A stretch of 63,834 nucleotides of DNA, counting the filler, from Octopus bimaculoides (lineage: Eukaryota): the NCBI RefSeq assembly GCF_001194135.2. It is 7 parts of 5 records of this genome, joined end to end, with 100 filler letters (N's around TTAATTAATTAA, not from the genome) between each part and the next. Parts side by side here need not be neighbours in the genome. Positions count along the whole stretch, not along the records: positions 1 to 17,539 come from NC_068982.1; positions 17,640 to 23,191 come from NC_069004.1; positions 23,292 to 34,877 come from NC_068992.1; 4 more parts are not named here. One strand, given 5' to 3'. Below are positions 11,246-24,600 of this stretch, piece by piece; position 1 is the first letter of the stretch; every line of letters begins with the position of its first letter. Made by a program: the position numbers and the translations under genes. The notes under the pieces were generated by a model. The model searched no databases and was not told where the DNA came from. It saw nothing but the letters and a program-made list of their open reading frames with translations.

Positions 11246-11340
11246 CACAGCAAACCACAGCACATACCCAAGGCACACAGAGCTGCGCTCGGTAGTGAAG
11301 TGAAAGCACATTATAAAAATAAAACTACTACTAATAATAA

Positions 11341-11560
11341 TAATCCTTTCTACTGGAAGCACAAGGCCTCAAATTTGGGGGAAGGGATTAAGTCGATTAC
11401 ATCGACTCCAGTACGTTACTGGTACTTAATTTATCGACCCCCGAAAGGGTGAAAGGCAAAGTCGACCTCGGCGAAATTTGAACTCAGAACGTAGCGGCAG
11501 ACGAAACACTGCTAAGCATTTCGTCCGACGTGCTAACGTTTCTGCTAGATCGACGCCTTA
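11341..11560 (-). mobile_element. SINE family B (partial + strand copy follows at 11575-11700)
   Basis: Full-length reverse-complement match to family B. Confidence 0.85.
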
Positions 11561-11734
11561 ACAACAATAAAATGGGGGTCAACATTGCTTTGTTTCCTTC
11601 GGGATCGATAAATTAAGTACCAGTGAAATGCTGGGATCTATTTAATCGACTAATCCCCCCTTCTCAAAATTTCAGGCCTTGTGCTTTTAGTAGAAAAGAC
11701 TATGTACATGTTTTGTCTTGCTGTAAAAAATGAG

Positions 11735-11982
11735 CCACAGCAAATATTCTGCTCAATACCAAAGATTTGCTTGTCAGTTGTTTGACCTTAACCAGTTGAG
11801 CATGTCCCTTAGTGACTGACGATAGGTGCATCTCTGACCACGAGCAGAAGTTGTGGGGGAGCATCGTAATCATGTGCTGAAATGAATTCTTTGGGGTTTG
11901 AATAATACATCTCTAGAAACATGGATGTTTTGTTCATCATCCTTAAACAACCCTTATTCAGGGACCTTTTGAGTGGGACGAG

Positions 11983-11985
<3 letters not shown>
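11735..11985 (+). repeat. Unclassified interspersed repeat (family G), partial
   Basis: Closely similar to 16955-17200. Confidence 0.75.
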
Positions 11986-12014
<29 letters not shown>

Positions 12015-12194
12015 GTCTATCTATCCATCCACGCGCACACACACACACACGCACGCACACACACACTCACACACGCACACACACAATATGCCTGTGTGTG
12101 TATATATACGCAAAAGTATATCCATTCTTAGATATATTTCTTACACGCATACACACACTCATACTCATACGCACACGCACACACACGCACACAC

Positions 12195-12229
<35 letters not shown>

Positions 12230-12749
12230 AACTACACACACATGCACACACACACATAATATGCCTGTGTGTATATATGTACAAAAATATATCCATTCTT
12301 ACCTATTTCTAACACACACACAATATATATATAGAGTAATGTAAAGTGGTAGCCAAGAAACCGGAAAAGTTCACTGGGAAGGCCATCACGAGGATATTAA
12401 GATAACTGAATGAAATAATTTAGGTCACGATGGAACAGAATGGGCGCAGTCAAGAAAGAATTAGAAGCGCATTGTGACAAGCGGTGTATAACAGCATCAT
12501 ATAGTCTGGTGGCTACAGGTGATAGGTACATTAACAAATTTCTCTCTTACTCTGTACACTACACTCACACACACACACACACACACACATACATATATGT
12601 CCGACGAACGGGAACGAGAAACTCGGAGTAACAGTTTTTGTCATGTCTTTGCAGCTTTGCTAATAAAGCATATTGCTCTACCTCCGGTATTCGAGCACTA
12701 TTTTCTCCAACCTTGTCTCTCATTTATGTGCTTACTCTGGTATATATAT

Positions 12750-12781
<32 letters not shown>

Positions 12782-13426
12782 NNNNNNNNNNNNNNNNNNN
12801 NNNNNNNNNNNNNNNNNNNNNNNNNNNNNNNNNNNNNNNNNNNNNNNNNNNNNNNNNNNNNNNNNNNNNNNNNNNNNNNNNNNNNNNNNNNNNNNNNNNN
12901 NNNNNNNNNNNNNNNNNNNNNNNNNNNNNNNNNNNNNNNNNNNNNNNNNNNNNNNNNNNNNNNNNNNNNNNNNNNNNNNNNNNNNNNNNNNNNNNNNNNN
13001 NNNNNNNNNNNNNNNNNNNNNNNNNNNNNNNNNNNNNNNNNNNNNNNNNNNNNNNNNNNNNNNNNNNNNNNNNNNNNNNNNNNNNNNNNNNNNNNNNNNN
13101 NNNNNNNNNNNNNNNNNNNNNNNNNNNNNNNNNNNNNNNNNNNNNNNNNNNNNNNNNNNNNNNNNNNNNNNNNNNNNNNNNNNNNNNNNNNNNNNNNNNN
13201 NNNNNNNNNNNNNNNNNNNNNNNNNNNNNNNNNNNNNNNNNNNNNNNNNNNNNNNNNNNNNNNNNNNNNNNNNNNNNNNNNNNNNNNNNNNNNNNNNNNN
13301 NNNNNNNNNNNNNNNNNNNNNNNNNNNNNNNNNNNNNNNNNNNNNNNNNNNNNNNNNNNNNNNNNNNNNNNNNNNNNNNNNNNNNNNNNNNNNNNNNNNN
13401 NNNNNNNNNNNNNNNNNNNNNNNNNN

Positions 13427-13469
<43 letters not shown>

Positions 13470-13806
13470 CGACGGGCTTCTTTCAGTTTCCGTCTACCAA
13501 ATCCACTCACAAGGCTTTTGTCGGCCTGAGGCTGTAGTAGAAGACACTTGCCCAAGGTGCCATGCAGTGGGACTGAACCCGGGACCATGTGGTTTGTAAA
13601 CAAGCTACATACCACACAACCACTCATATATATCTTTTATTTGTTTCAGTCATTAGACTGCGGCCGAGCTGGGGCACTGCCTTGAATTTTAGTCGAATGA
13701 ATCTATCCCACTACGTTTTATAAGCTTTATACTTATTCTATCGTTTTCTTTTGCCGAGTCGTGTTAAGTTACGGTTCTCAAGCGGTGGTGGGGAGACAGA
13801 CAGACA

Positions 13807-13840
<34 letters not shown>

Positions 13841-13973
13841 ACGGGCTTCTTTTAGTTTCCGTCTTCTAAATCTACTCACAAGGCTTTCGTCAGAGCGAGG
13901 CTAGAGTAGAAGACACTTGCCCGGAACCATGTGGCTGGCTAGCAAGCTTCTTACCACAAGGCCAAGCCTACGC

Positions 13974-13975
<2 letters not shown>
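13470..13975 (-). mobile_element. SINE cluster: family A (13470-13625) then composite C+A (13635-13975)
   Basis: Matches to the A and C modules. Confidence 0.8.
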
Positions 13976-14023
<48 letters not shown>

Positions 14024-14024
14024 G

Positions 14025-14690
14025 TCTCGGACCGACATGCCCAACTATTTCGGACCTGTGGGTTTATGCTGAACGGCTGCTGTCACGTGTGGGACGAGTC
14101 CCCCTGACGGCCGAGTCTCGTGACAATTGCTCCGCCACCGTCCCTCAACCGGGAAGGCAAGGCAGTCTTCATCGTACTGGTGGCCATGGTGAAAGAATGT
14201 GTGTGGTGGACTCGAGCGAAAGGATTAGAGACAAACACTTACTTCTCTGGCCAATCGCTCATCAACTTTCTCAACTACCACTTGAAAAGTGAAGGTGAGA
14301 ATGGAGAGACAGGGTTTGTCTTGTGAAAGTTTCAAAAAAAGGTGGGTGAATGTAGCAAAGATGGTGCGTACGAGTGACGAAACCACTTTGAGCATGATCT
14401 TTTATAACGAAAAAAGAGAGAGAGAGAGAGAGCTTTTTGCTCTCATGTGTTTATTCCCTCCCTACCTGAGGTTACCGTGGTCTTTTCCGTAGGCTTTTCT
14501 TTCCACGGATAAACCTAATCCTGCTTTTTACATTTTTAAAATTCTTTTGTGATACACGATCCCTTTCGATTATTTTTTTCTCCCGATCCCTTTTGATCGT
14601 CTTTTTTCTTTTTCATTTTCGAAAAGAAAGGCTCTACATTTATATTTGTCCCCTCTGTGTTCAGCCCTGCGTGACCAATAAAGAAACTTA
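14025..14690 (+). mobile_element. Tx1/L1-clade LINE 3' end (ORF2 C-terminus, 3' UTR, AATAAA, TATC tail)
   Basis: CPTISDLWVYAERLLSRVGRVPLTAES / LNREGKAVFIVLVAMVKECVWWTRAKG / FKKRWVNVAKM; ends CCAATAAAGAAA followed by (TATC)n. Confidence 0.75.
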
Positions 14691-14714
14691 TCTATCTATC
14701 TGTCTATCTATCTA

Positions 14715-14745
<31 letters not shown>

Positions 14746-14840
14746 GTAGACTGTCTCCGGTAAAACGGAAAATCTAGAAATGCGGACACTTCCGTTCCTA
14801 AGTTTGCCGGAAAATTGTTCCGGTACTGTGTATGCATATA

Positions 14841-14935
<95 letters not shown>

Positions 14936-14947
14936 ATGTATGTATGT

Positions 14948-15140
14948 ATGTGGGAAAGGAGAGACATTAGGCTGGCCATCAAGATGAAGGTGTAGCAAGC
15001 AGTTCTACTGCCTATACTACTATACGTTTGTGACACTTGGACGGTTTATGATCGCCACGCCAAAGGACTAAACTGCTTCAACATGAAGTGCTTAAGAAAG
15101 CTGTTGAAAATCACTTGGCGAGATTAGGTCCCGGAACGGG
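14948..15140 (+). mobile_element. RTE-clade (BovB-like) LINE fragment
   Basis: WERRDIRLAIKMKV*QAVLLPILLYVCDTWTVYDRHAKGLNCFNMKCLRKLLKITWRD*VP. Confidence 0.8.
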
Positions 15141-15359
15141 TGAGTGGACAAACGAAAGAGACATTCAACACGTTTTGTAAGCCTTACGTATATCATTAAT
15201 TAAAAATTGTTTGGTTCGGTCCCATGCAAATTGATGCACGTTAGGCTTCTCTCAGAAAACTTGGTCGTCAGGAACCCGCTGCCTCCGCCCGATCTGCTAG
15301 GTTTCTTGCAGAAACCTGCAAAACTTAAAGTTGTATGGGACGAATTCAAACTGTTGAAA

Positions 15360-15385
15360 ATAATAATAATGATGATGATGATAAT

Positions 15386-15427
<42 letters not shown>

Positions 15428-15464
15428 AATAATAATAATAATAATGATGATAATAATAATGATG

Positions 15465-15520
<56 letters not shown>
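15360..15520. repeat. Compound (AAT)/(GAT)/(AAC) microsatellite
   Basis: Direct inspection. Confidence 0.95.
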
Positions 15521-15521
<1 letters not shown>

Positions 15522-15680
15522 TGGAGAAACTTTCAAAATACAAAGACCTGGAAATAGAGGTAACTCGAATGTGGAATCTAAAAACAGAAACAATTCCTAT
15601 CATAGAAGGTGCCTTAGGTATAATAAAAAAATATTCAGACAAATACATAACAAAAACACCAGGACTTACAAATATATATG
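15520..15680 (+). mobile_element. Dong/R4 restriction-like endonuclease C-terminal fragment
   Basis: EKLSKYKDLEIEVTRMWNLKTETIPIIEGALG. Confidence 0.8.
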
Positions 15681-15689
15681 AACGCCAAG

Positions 15690-16470
15690 ACGGATACAAA
15701 GGACCGGTGGCTATGGATGAGGAAGAGTGACCTGAAGATAAAGACAGAAGCATTCATATGTAGGCGCAGCTCAGGAACAAGCATTAAGGACCAATTATAT
15801 GAAGTGCAGAATTGACAACACTATCGATAGCGACAAATGCAGAATGTGTGGTGAGAGGGATGAAACGGTATGGCACATCGTTAGCGAATGTTCGAAACTG
15901 GCACAACGCGAATACAAACGACGCCATGACAATGTGGTAAGAATGATCCATTGGGAACTCTGTGGAAATCACGGCCTACAAAGGACAAAGATGTGGTATG
16001 AACAAACCACAGAAGGAGTCGCTGAAAATGAGAATTGCAAAATCCTGTGGGATGCAATGATCCAAAGCGATCACCTGACCACACACAAGAATCGGACATT
16101 GTTGTGCGAGCATGCATGACTGTCGGCATAAGATGCCCCGCTGGCAACAGGACCAAAGAGAAAGAAGAAAAACTGAACAACCATGACGATTTGAAGTGGG
16201 AAATACGAAGGTTGTGGTCAATGAGGAGAGTAGACGTGATACCAGTAATTGGTGCAGTTGGAAGTATCAGCACTCAACTACCAACATGGCTGAAAAAGAT
16301 TGGTGCAAATGTGAAGGTAGAACATCTATAAAAATCAGCATTGCTTGTAACTGCAAGAATTCTTCGCAGGATTCTTGAAGCATGACCAGTAAACAAATGT
16401 CACCTTAGTCTGCTGGCTGGGGGCAGAAGACACTTTCCATCATACTCAGCAAAATAAGCTGAGAGATTTC
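15690..16470 (+). mobile_element. Dong/R4 LINE 3' end: CCHC knuckle, RLE endonuclease and 3' UTR ending in (AAT)n
   Basis: KCRMCGERDETVWHIVSECSKLAQREYKRRHD; ENENCKILWD; DDLKWEIRRLWSMRRVDVIPVIGAVG; ARILRRILEA*. Confidence 0.9.
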
Positions 16471-16543
<73 letters not shown>

Positions 16544-16544
16544 A

Positions 16545-16950
16545 AAAACCTTTCTATTAAAGGCACAAGATCTGAAATTTTTAGGGAGGAGTAAGTCGAT
16601 TACATCGACCCAGTGCGTAACTGGTACTTATTTCATCGACCCCGATAGGATGAAAAGCAAAGTCGACCTCAGTGGAATTTCATTCAGAACATAAAGACGG
16701 ACGAAATGCCGCTAAGCACTTTGACTGGCCTGCTAACGGTTCTGCCAGCTCGCCGCCTTTATAATGATAATCCTTTCTACTATCGGCACAAGGCCTGAAA
16801 TTTTAGGCGGCGGGGACTAATCGATTACATCGGCTCCAATATTCAACTGGTACTTAATTTATCGACCCCGGATGGAAGAAAGGCAAAGTCAACGTCAGCG
16901 GAATTTGAACTCACAACGTAAAAACAGACGAAATGCTGCTAAGTTATTCT
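16545..16950 (-). mobile_element. Two tandem SINE family B copies
   Basis: Copies at 16545-16760 and 16765-16950. Confidence 0.85.
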
Positions 16951-16954
16951 GCTT

Positions 16955-17400
16955 AATACCACAGATTTACTTGTCAGTTGTTTGAGCTTAACCATTTGAG
17001 CATGTCGCTTGGTGGCTGATGATATGTGCATCTCTGATCACGAACAGAAGTAGTGGGGGAGCATCATAGCCATGTGTTGAGAGGAATTCTTTGGGGTTTG
17101 AATAATTCACCTTTGGAAACATGGGTGTTTTGCTCAACATCCTTAAATACACCTTATTCAGGGACCTTTTGAGCGGGATGGGCTACTCGACCTGAAAAAA
17201 ATTCTAACTGAGCCCCACCTGCGAGGTCATGCGCTTTTTATCTTGATATAAGATCACCATGTCGTGCACATATGGTTGTGATGCATGTGCCTCGTGTACC
17301 CTTATCAGACGGGTAGTCATGATGGGTATATTGGGCTTTGTATATTTTACCCCAGTGTCACTTTGATGGCATGCACTGCTCTCTTACTCAATAATAATAA
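16955..17400 (+). repeat. Interspersed repeat family G ending in (AAT)n, possibly a LINE 3' UTR
   Basis: Shares ~240 bp with 11735-11985; ends CTCTCTTACTC(AAT)n. Confidence 0.65.
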
Positions 17401-18346
17401 TAGTTAGAACAACAACAACAAAAGCACTCAGAGAGTGCAAACCTCCGCCAAGGGAACACCAACGTCCTTTCAACGATTAGCCGGAGATGTTTTTTGAAAT
17501 GAGAATATCTGAAATAAACTCGACTGCTCTTACGAACGANNNNNNNNNNNNNNNNNNNNNNNNNNNNNNNNNNNNNNNNNNNNTTAATTAATTAANNNNN
17601 NNNNNNNNNNNNNNNNNNNNNNNNNNNNNNNNNNNNNNNACACCCATACACACATATATATATATACATACATACATGCATGCAAGAATGCTTTGCGTTA
17701 CGGAAGAAATCCCTGAAAACTTGCCGTAACGCGAAAACATTTTTCCCATTGATTTTCCTTGTAAGTGATAATACGTTCCTACGGATATTTCCCAAAAACA
17801 TGAAAATGATTTCTAAATATACACAGAACAATTTCTAGACATATTTCGAATAAGACTGCTAATATGGTTATGTATTGTGAGAGGAATGGTGACAGGAGGA
17901 GGGCTATTGGAATGATGAAAGACTCTTATAGTTCATCATCATCATCAACATTTATTTGAGGGGCGAACAACTTATTCATCTCTTTGTACAGCTCAATGTA
18001 GAAACTGAACTCATTGTAAACTATTGTTATTATTATGTTCCGTTCATGATTAGAGTTTTTATCAATGAAATCTTGCAAATTTTCCTCTATAAGCTCCAAC
18101 TCTTTAACAAATTTTTTTATTGTCCACTGAAGTGGAGTTGTTGCAATTTCCCAATCCTCAGCTTGCTTATTGCTCTAACCACATCAGTCTCTCGTTAGAT
18201 AAGCTTTCGTAACGAGACACTAGCAACACAACCACGTTTTTCACCGTGACTTCTTCGAACTTGTAAGCGTTTCTATATCTTTCCTAATTTGATGAAGATT
18301 TTCTGTTTATGGAAATTTACCTGATGAAAGCGGTGTGTGTGCATGC

Positions 18347-18387
<41 letters not shown>

Positions 18388-18535
18388 CGTGTATGTTATT
18401 TATATATATATATATATTAGAAATGATCTAATTATAAATCTCACAGAGAGACTTAAGCAGCAGTGTTACGATAAAGCAGTTGTCTACTGTCAACTTAATG
18501 TGACGACAGTCCCATGGAGGGAATCATACTGCGGC

Positions 18536-18730
18536 TATTTAGCCCTTACTTGTTTCAGTCGACTCCGGCCATGCTGGGGCACGTTGAACAATATTAGTCG
18601 GCTGAATGGACCCCAGTACTTTTTTTATTTTTTTAAGCCTGGTACTTATTCTATCCGTCCCTTTTGTCCAACCGTTAAGTGACGGGGATGTCAACATATC
18701 AACACTTGTTGTCAAGCAGTGGGGGGGGGG
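18536..18730 (-). mobile_element. SINE family C module
   Basis: TTACTTGTTTCAGTCGACTCCGGCCATGCTGGGGCA...; runs into an assembly gap. Confidence 0.8.
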
Positions 18731-19262
18731 NNNNNNNNNNNNNNNNNNNNNNNNNNNNNNNNNNNNNNNNNNNNNNNNNNNNNNNNNNNNNNNNNNNNNN
18801 NNNNNNNNNNNNNNNNNNNNNNNNNNNNNNNNNNNNNNNNNNNNNNNNNNNNNNNNNNNNNNNNNNNNNNNNNNNNNNNNNNNNNNNNNNNNNNNNNNNN
18901 NNNNNNNNNNNNNNNNNNNNNNNNNNNNNNNNNNNNNNNNNNNNNNNNNNNNNNNNNNNNNNNNNNNNNNNNNNNNNNNNNNNNNNNNNNNNNNNNNNNN
19001 NNNNNNNNNNNNNNNNNNNNNNNNNNNNNNNNNNNNNNNNNNNNNNNNNNNNNNNNNNNNNNNNNNNNNNNNNNNNNNNNNNNNNNNNNNNNNNNNNNNN
19101 NNNNNNNNNNNNNNNNNNNNNNNNNNNNNNNNNNNNNNNNNNNNNNNNNNNNNNNNNNNNNNNNNNNNNNNNNNNNNNNNNNNNNNNNNNNNNNNNNNNN
19201 NNNNNNNNNNNNNNNNNNNNNNNNNNNNNNNNNNNNNNNNNNNNNNNNNNNNNNNNNNNNNN

Positions 19263-19318
<56 letters not shown>

Positions 19319-19694
19319 TTTAGTGTTTGTTTTATACCTGCACACACACACACACACACGCATATATAAATACAAGTACACGTATACACATACGCGCACA
19401 CGCACATATAAACGCTGGAGGCGGAGTGAATGCTGAGTGAATTAGAAAAGAGGGAGAATTAGGGTGCGTTGTATAGGTAAGTCGGTAAATAGAAACGACC
19501 AGAGGCTGTAAATAAAAATGATTTGAATGAGAAAGAAAAAGCTGAAGGGGAAAATATGAAAAGAAAAAAGTTAGATAAAATCTGGAAATAACACACAAAA
19601 AAACAAACATACAAAAATTAAATGGCCCCAGGGGGAAGCCAAATCAGTGATTACTTACGAGTGAAATAAATAATGTGTGAGTTTTTGCATTCTG

Positions 19695-19728
<34 letters not shown>

Positions 19729-20144
19729 GTATTGAATAGATATATATTTCGTGAAAACTGCAATTTTCATGGAAATCTGCGTCAAACTTTGCTCCCGCCC
19801 CACGTACCCCCCCCCCACTTACACATTCATTATCACCACAAGCACCTTATAATACCATCGCTACCACTATCACCATTATTTATTATTGCAAACGCTGCCA
19901 CCACCACCACCACCAACAACAACTACAACAACAACAATAATGGCGATGACGACATTGCTACGATGACACGAGTTCGAGAAAGAATGTCCCGACGCAGTCG
20001 CCACTAAATTTTACTTTATATAGAAGTCCATCATTTTAAAAGCTGATAAATTCACAATATATCTATACTGTACACACACACACACACACACACACACACG
20101 TACACATACATATATATATATACATACACATACATATATATATT

Positions 20145-20285
20145 ACTCTTTTACTTGCTTCAGTCATTTGACTGTGGCCATGCTGGAGCACCGCTTTTAG
20201 TCGAGCAAATCGACCCCAGGACTTATTCTTTGTAAGCCTAGTACTTATTCCATCGGTCAGTTGTGCCGAACTGCTAAGTTACGGC
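20145..20285 (-). mobile_element. SINE family C module
   Basis: CAGTCATTTGACTGTGGCCATGCTGGAGCACCGC...GCCGAACTGCTAAGTTACGG. Confidence 0.85.
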
Positions 20286-20656
20286 NNNNNNNNNNNNNNN
20301 NNNNNNNNNNNNNNNNNNNNNNNNNNNNNNNNNNNNNNNNNNNNNNNNNNNNNNNNNNNNNNNNNNNNNNNNNNNNNNNNNNNNNNNNNNNNNNNNNNNN
20401 NNNNNNNNNNNNNNNNNNNNNNNNNNNNNNNNNNNNNNNNNNNNNNNNNNNNNNNNNNNNNNNNNNNNNNNNNNNNNNNNNNNNNNNNNNNNNNNNNNNN
20501 NNNNNNNNNNNNNNNNNNNNNNNNNNNNNNNNNNNNNNNNNNNNNNNNNNNNNNNNNNNNNNNNNNNNNNNNNNNNNNNNNNNNNNNNNNNNNNNNNNNN
20601 NNNNNNNNNNNNNNNNNNNNNNNNNNNNNNNNNNNNNNNNNNNNNNNNNNNNNNNN

Positions 20657-20698
<42 letters not shown>

Positions 20699-20929
20699 GG
20701 GTGGTGGTGATAATGAGACACATATATGTGTACATATGTGTATGTATATATATATCAAATATACTGTCAGTCAGTCTTAGCTACGTACTCATAAACCCAA
20801 CGACAAACCTGTCTATCCGTCCGCCTATCCACCCATCTCTGTCTGTCCGCCTATCCACCCATCTCTGTCTGTCCGCCTATCTATCTATCCATCTATCCTT
20901 ATTTATGTTTTAACTAACACCAACAAACG

Positions 20930-22590
20930 TATTATGTTCCCCCACTCAATATGGCGGCGGTGGCCACCACCACCACCACTGCTAGGCCAAGGATTTCTGG
21001 AAATTATCCATGAGGCCTGTCCCGAAAGTCCCTCAGAACTGACCAGCCATTTGATTTCCAGTCTCCTCGACATCCAACGTTTCCTCGAGAACGTCACTGC
21101 TCTTTCCGAAATCGAACTTCTACCGACCGCATTGCCTAAATAGCAGAGGACTGTCACTGTGTGGCCGCACTTAAGATGCCAGGAGCCTTACATAGGTCCA
21201 CACTGTATCCAGGGCTGCGGCTCAGTGAAAAAGGCGAGTCTTACAAACGGCGTCCATATCTATTCACCAGCAAGGAAACACTGGAGATATAGTATCATCA
21301 GCGCATGCGTGAACATCATCAATTACAGCATGCCTCATCCTCCACTTAACGGGAGCGCCGGAAAATGAAAAAAATAGACACTCCAGTCTGGCCAGATGTG
21401 AACTGGGACAAGGCCCGAAAGTTAGGTGGTAATATATAACGGAGGCGACGTATGCGTTCCTCACCTCTGCCCGACTTTTCAGGGATAAGCTTTATCGACC
21501 CATTTCTGGATGAGATTGGCCACCTCATCTCAGTTCCCCTCAACCTGGAGATCTGGACTAAACCAGACCGCCAGTAATTTAACTGGTCTCTCCATCTAGC
21601 GTCCCACGCCACTCCAGTTGCTCCGGTACAGGCCTGCTGACTTTTCTTGGTTAGTGTTTGCTCTTGTCATCTCTTCGTATTCTTTCGGAACAATGTCAAT
21701 CAGGTCTATATACCTAGTGTTCGACACTATGATGGTGACGTCGTCAACATATGCTAACACGGCACTCCCACGTCCAAGTTCGCCTCTCAACGTCAGTATA
21801 TACCGAAAGAATGGGAGCGGGGACACCCTTGGTGATACTGAATGAGTCCGATAGGTAACCAGTCACCCGAACTACCAAGCAGATGTCGCTGTATATTGCA
21901 GCAATCCAGCCACGGAAAACGGGACCGAAACCTGTCACCGTGAGATCGGCCGCCATATCTTGGTGATCGTCTGATCCACCCTATCGAAGGCTTTCGACTG
22001 ATCAAATTTGATTAGGGTCACATCAGTGCTTCTTACTTTCTCTGTGATGTATCGTATGAGGTGGATTTTGTTGTGGATAGACCTACTTGGAATGGTGCGT
22101 ATTTGCACATCACCAGTCGCCAACTTCTTTGCTTACACTTTGGCCAAAGGTTTGAAGTCTGCGTTGGGCAGAGTTATGAAACCTAAAGTTTTCTATACGG
22201 TCCCTCCTTGTTTGGGTCCTTTCTTAGCAGTGCCACCGCTCCTCAACTCACAGAACTAGGAATTCTCCCGTGCTGTTACCAGTTGCAGTAGATGTCTGCC
22301 AAGAGGCCACCAAACAAGTCGGGCATATTAATATACAGCTCGTAAGGAAGACCATTGAAGCTAGGTGATTTGCACCCGTACAGCCCGTCGTCGCTTCCTG
22401 TATCTCTGCGGTTGATATTGGCCTTTCACAGCGCTCCGCCTCCCTTGCCAAGAGTCATAGCAAATCATCGAGGTTGGTACTGAAGTGCATCCTGCATTTC
22501 AATCCGTTATTCTTCCTGAACAGTCGAGTGAAGTGCTGCTGAAATGCTGCACACATCTGCTTGGGTTCGAGTAGCATGCACCCATTTTGG
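20930..22590 (-). mobile_element. Tx1/L1-clade LINE ORF2 (RT region) remnant
   Basis: QMCAAFQQHFTRLF; IPSRSIHNKIHLIRYI...FDQSKAFDRVD; GFGPVFRGWIAAIY; LAYVDDVTIIV; many frameshifts. Confidence 0.85.
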
Positions 22591-22634
22591 ATTATAATAT
22601 AAAAAAAAGAAAGAAAAGAGAGAAAGATAGAGGA

Positions 22635-22666
<32 letters not shown>

Positions 22667-23502
22667 AGAAAAAAAGAAAAAAAAAGAAAGAAAACTTCAA
22701 ACAGATGCGAAAGATTAACGAAGGGAAAAGACGACGAAATCCGATTAGAGCGTGTTCAAAACGAGGATGAAAACGAGCTTATAGCTAACGGGCGAAACGA
22801 GACGAGACGAGACGAAGCGATGCGAGAAGAGAGGAGCGGAAAATAACGGAAACCGACGAGCATTTAAGCGAAAAACAGAAGGAAAAAAAGAATTTTAAGA
22901 AAGTAATTGAATAAAATGAAAATGGTATCGATATCAAAACTGGAAATAACAAATGATAGAAATAAAAAAAAATAAAAAATAGAAACGTCGATGGAGCTGT
23001 TGTTTCTTTACTTACACAGAAGATCAGTGATTTCGTAAAACAAACGCCATACCCAACCCCTACACGCTGAATCAAGGAGAGATCAATACATCTCAAAGGT
23101 GATCCACGGTTACTTTAAATTGGTTTTCTTTTATAGTTTTTATTCTTGTTGGTTTTCCTATCTTATATATACACACACGCGCAATATATATNNNNNNNNN
23201 NNNNNNNNNNNNNNNNNNNNNNNNNNNNNNNNNNNTTAATTAATTAANNNNNNNNNNNNNNNNNNNNNNNNNNNNNNNNNNNNNNNNNNNNTATGCTGAA
23301 ATATATATTGAAGAAAATAAATATGTTCTTTTGAATTTATACGTTTTTGCGTCGTAACTCCTTTATTATTATTTATATAACCAAAAGGATCGATTCTTGA
23401 AGAGTCTGCATACCTTCACTGTCGTTTTTTTCTGCTATTTTGATGATGATTTTTTAAGTTAGCTTACCAATTATTTTTGTTGGTAGTTAATTTATAATAT
23501 AT

Positions 23503-23542
<40 letters not shown>

Positions 23543-23799
23543 GTGCTAACACTCACACGCACACGCGCGCGCGCATACACACACACACATATGAAATATA
23601 TTTCTGTATGAATGTATTTTCGTTGGTATATGCAGCCGATATTTGCAATAATAATTAATAATAAATAATGCCCGCCAGTATACATACACATAGGTATATA
23701 TATGTAAATATAAATGAGCGATGAGAATTAACTGAGAGTGGTCAGTAGCATGTAGGTTTACAACACATATAAATAAAGATACTCTTCTGTCACGAATAA

Positions 23800-24010
23800 G
23801 CATGGGTCATCTAGAAAGTGCTCTTCCGAGGCACAGATCTAAGCAAGGTTGTTTATGGAAGACCAGGAGTCGTCCATAAATACCGGTCTCCCCTCTCCGC
23901 ACCACCGATGTTATCCAAGGGAAAGGCAAAGGCCGATAGAGCTTGGCACCAGTGACGTCGCGACTAATTTCTATAGTTGAGTGAACTGGAGCAACGTGAA
24001 ATAAAGTACA
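23800..24010 (-). mobile_element. SINE family E (shares the CACTTTATTTCACGTTGCTCCAG core with family D)
   Basis: Core shared with family D; distinct 3' body. Confidence 0.65.
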
Positions 24011-24444
24011 ACCGTTTCTCCATTTACTAAGGGATTTAAATTTATAGAAGAAGGAGCAGAACACATGACTGGAGTCGGTAATTTGCAAAATCTGAACAAA
24101 AATGAGCTAAGAAAAATAACTCAGAGTGACCATAGCCATGTATTTGAAGAACATAGGCAAATACAGGTATATCAAATACCATACAACATAAATTCTTGAC
24201 TCATTTAAAATATCTCCTCGCTAGAGAATGTGCCACAGTTATCAAATGGAAATTTAGACTAGCTCCACTCAAGAAGGAGAGATAATTTCAAGAATCAAGA
24301 GTTTTCCAAAGTTGATATGCCACTAAGGAAAAGGACAGGTTATTGCCTGGAGATAAGAGGACAGTTGTGGACACATGTTCCTGGCCGTCATCAGTAGTGG
24401 GATCGACCACTTGTCCCCGCATTTTGAAGCAATTCTCTTCACCA

Positions 24445-24600
24445 GTCGGCCATACTGTATTTCATGTTGCTCCAGTTCACTCAGCTGGCAAAAATGAGTA
24501 ACGCTGCGATGGACTGGCGTCCCGTCCAGCTGGGGAATACATACGCCATTGAAACCGAGAAACCGGGCCCATGACCCTGGCTAGGCTTTAAAAGGGCGCA
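24445..24600 (+). mobile_element. SINE family F, 3' part with V-domain-like motif
   Basis: TTGCTCCAGTTCACTCAGCTGGCAAAAATGAGT followed by GCGATGGACTGGCGTCCCGTCCAG. Confidence 0.6.

Noticed and set aside
12519-13627. Long ORFs of 150-350 aa here and at other gaps
   Set aside because: They are open only because they cross N runs and dinucleotide repeats.
17540-17639. TTAATTAATTAA islands inside N runs (also near 23236, 34922, 43737, 59199, 62712)
   Set aside because: 44 N + 12 nt + 44 N makes a 100-bp scaffolding spacer with stops in all six frames; an assembly artefact, not biology.
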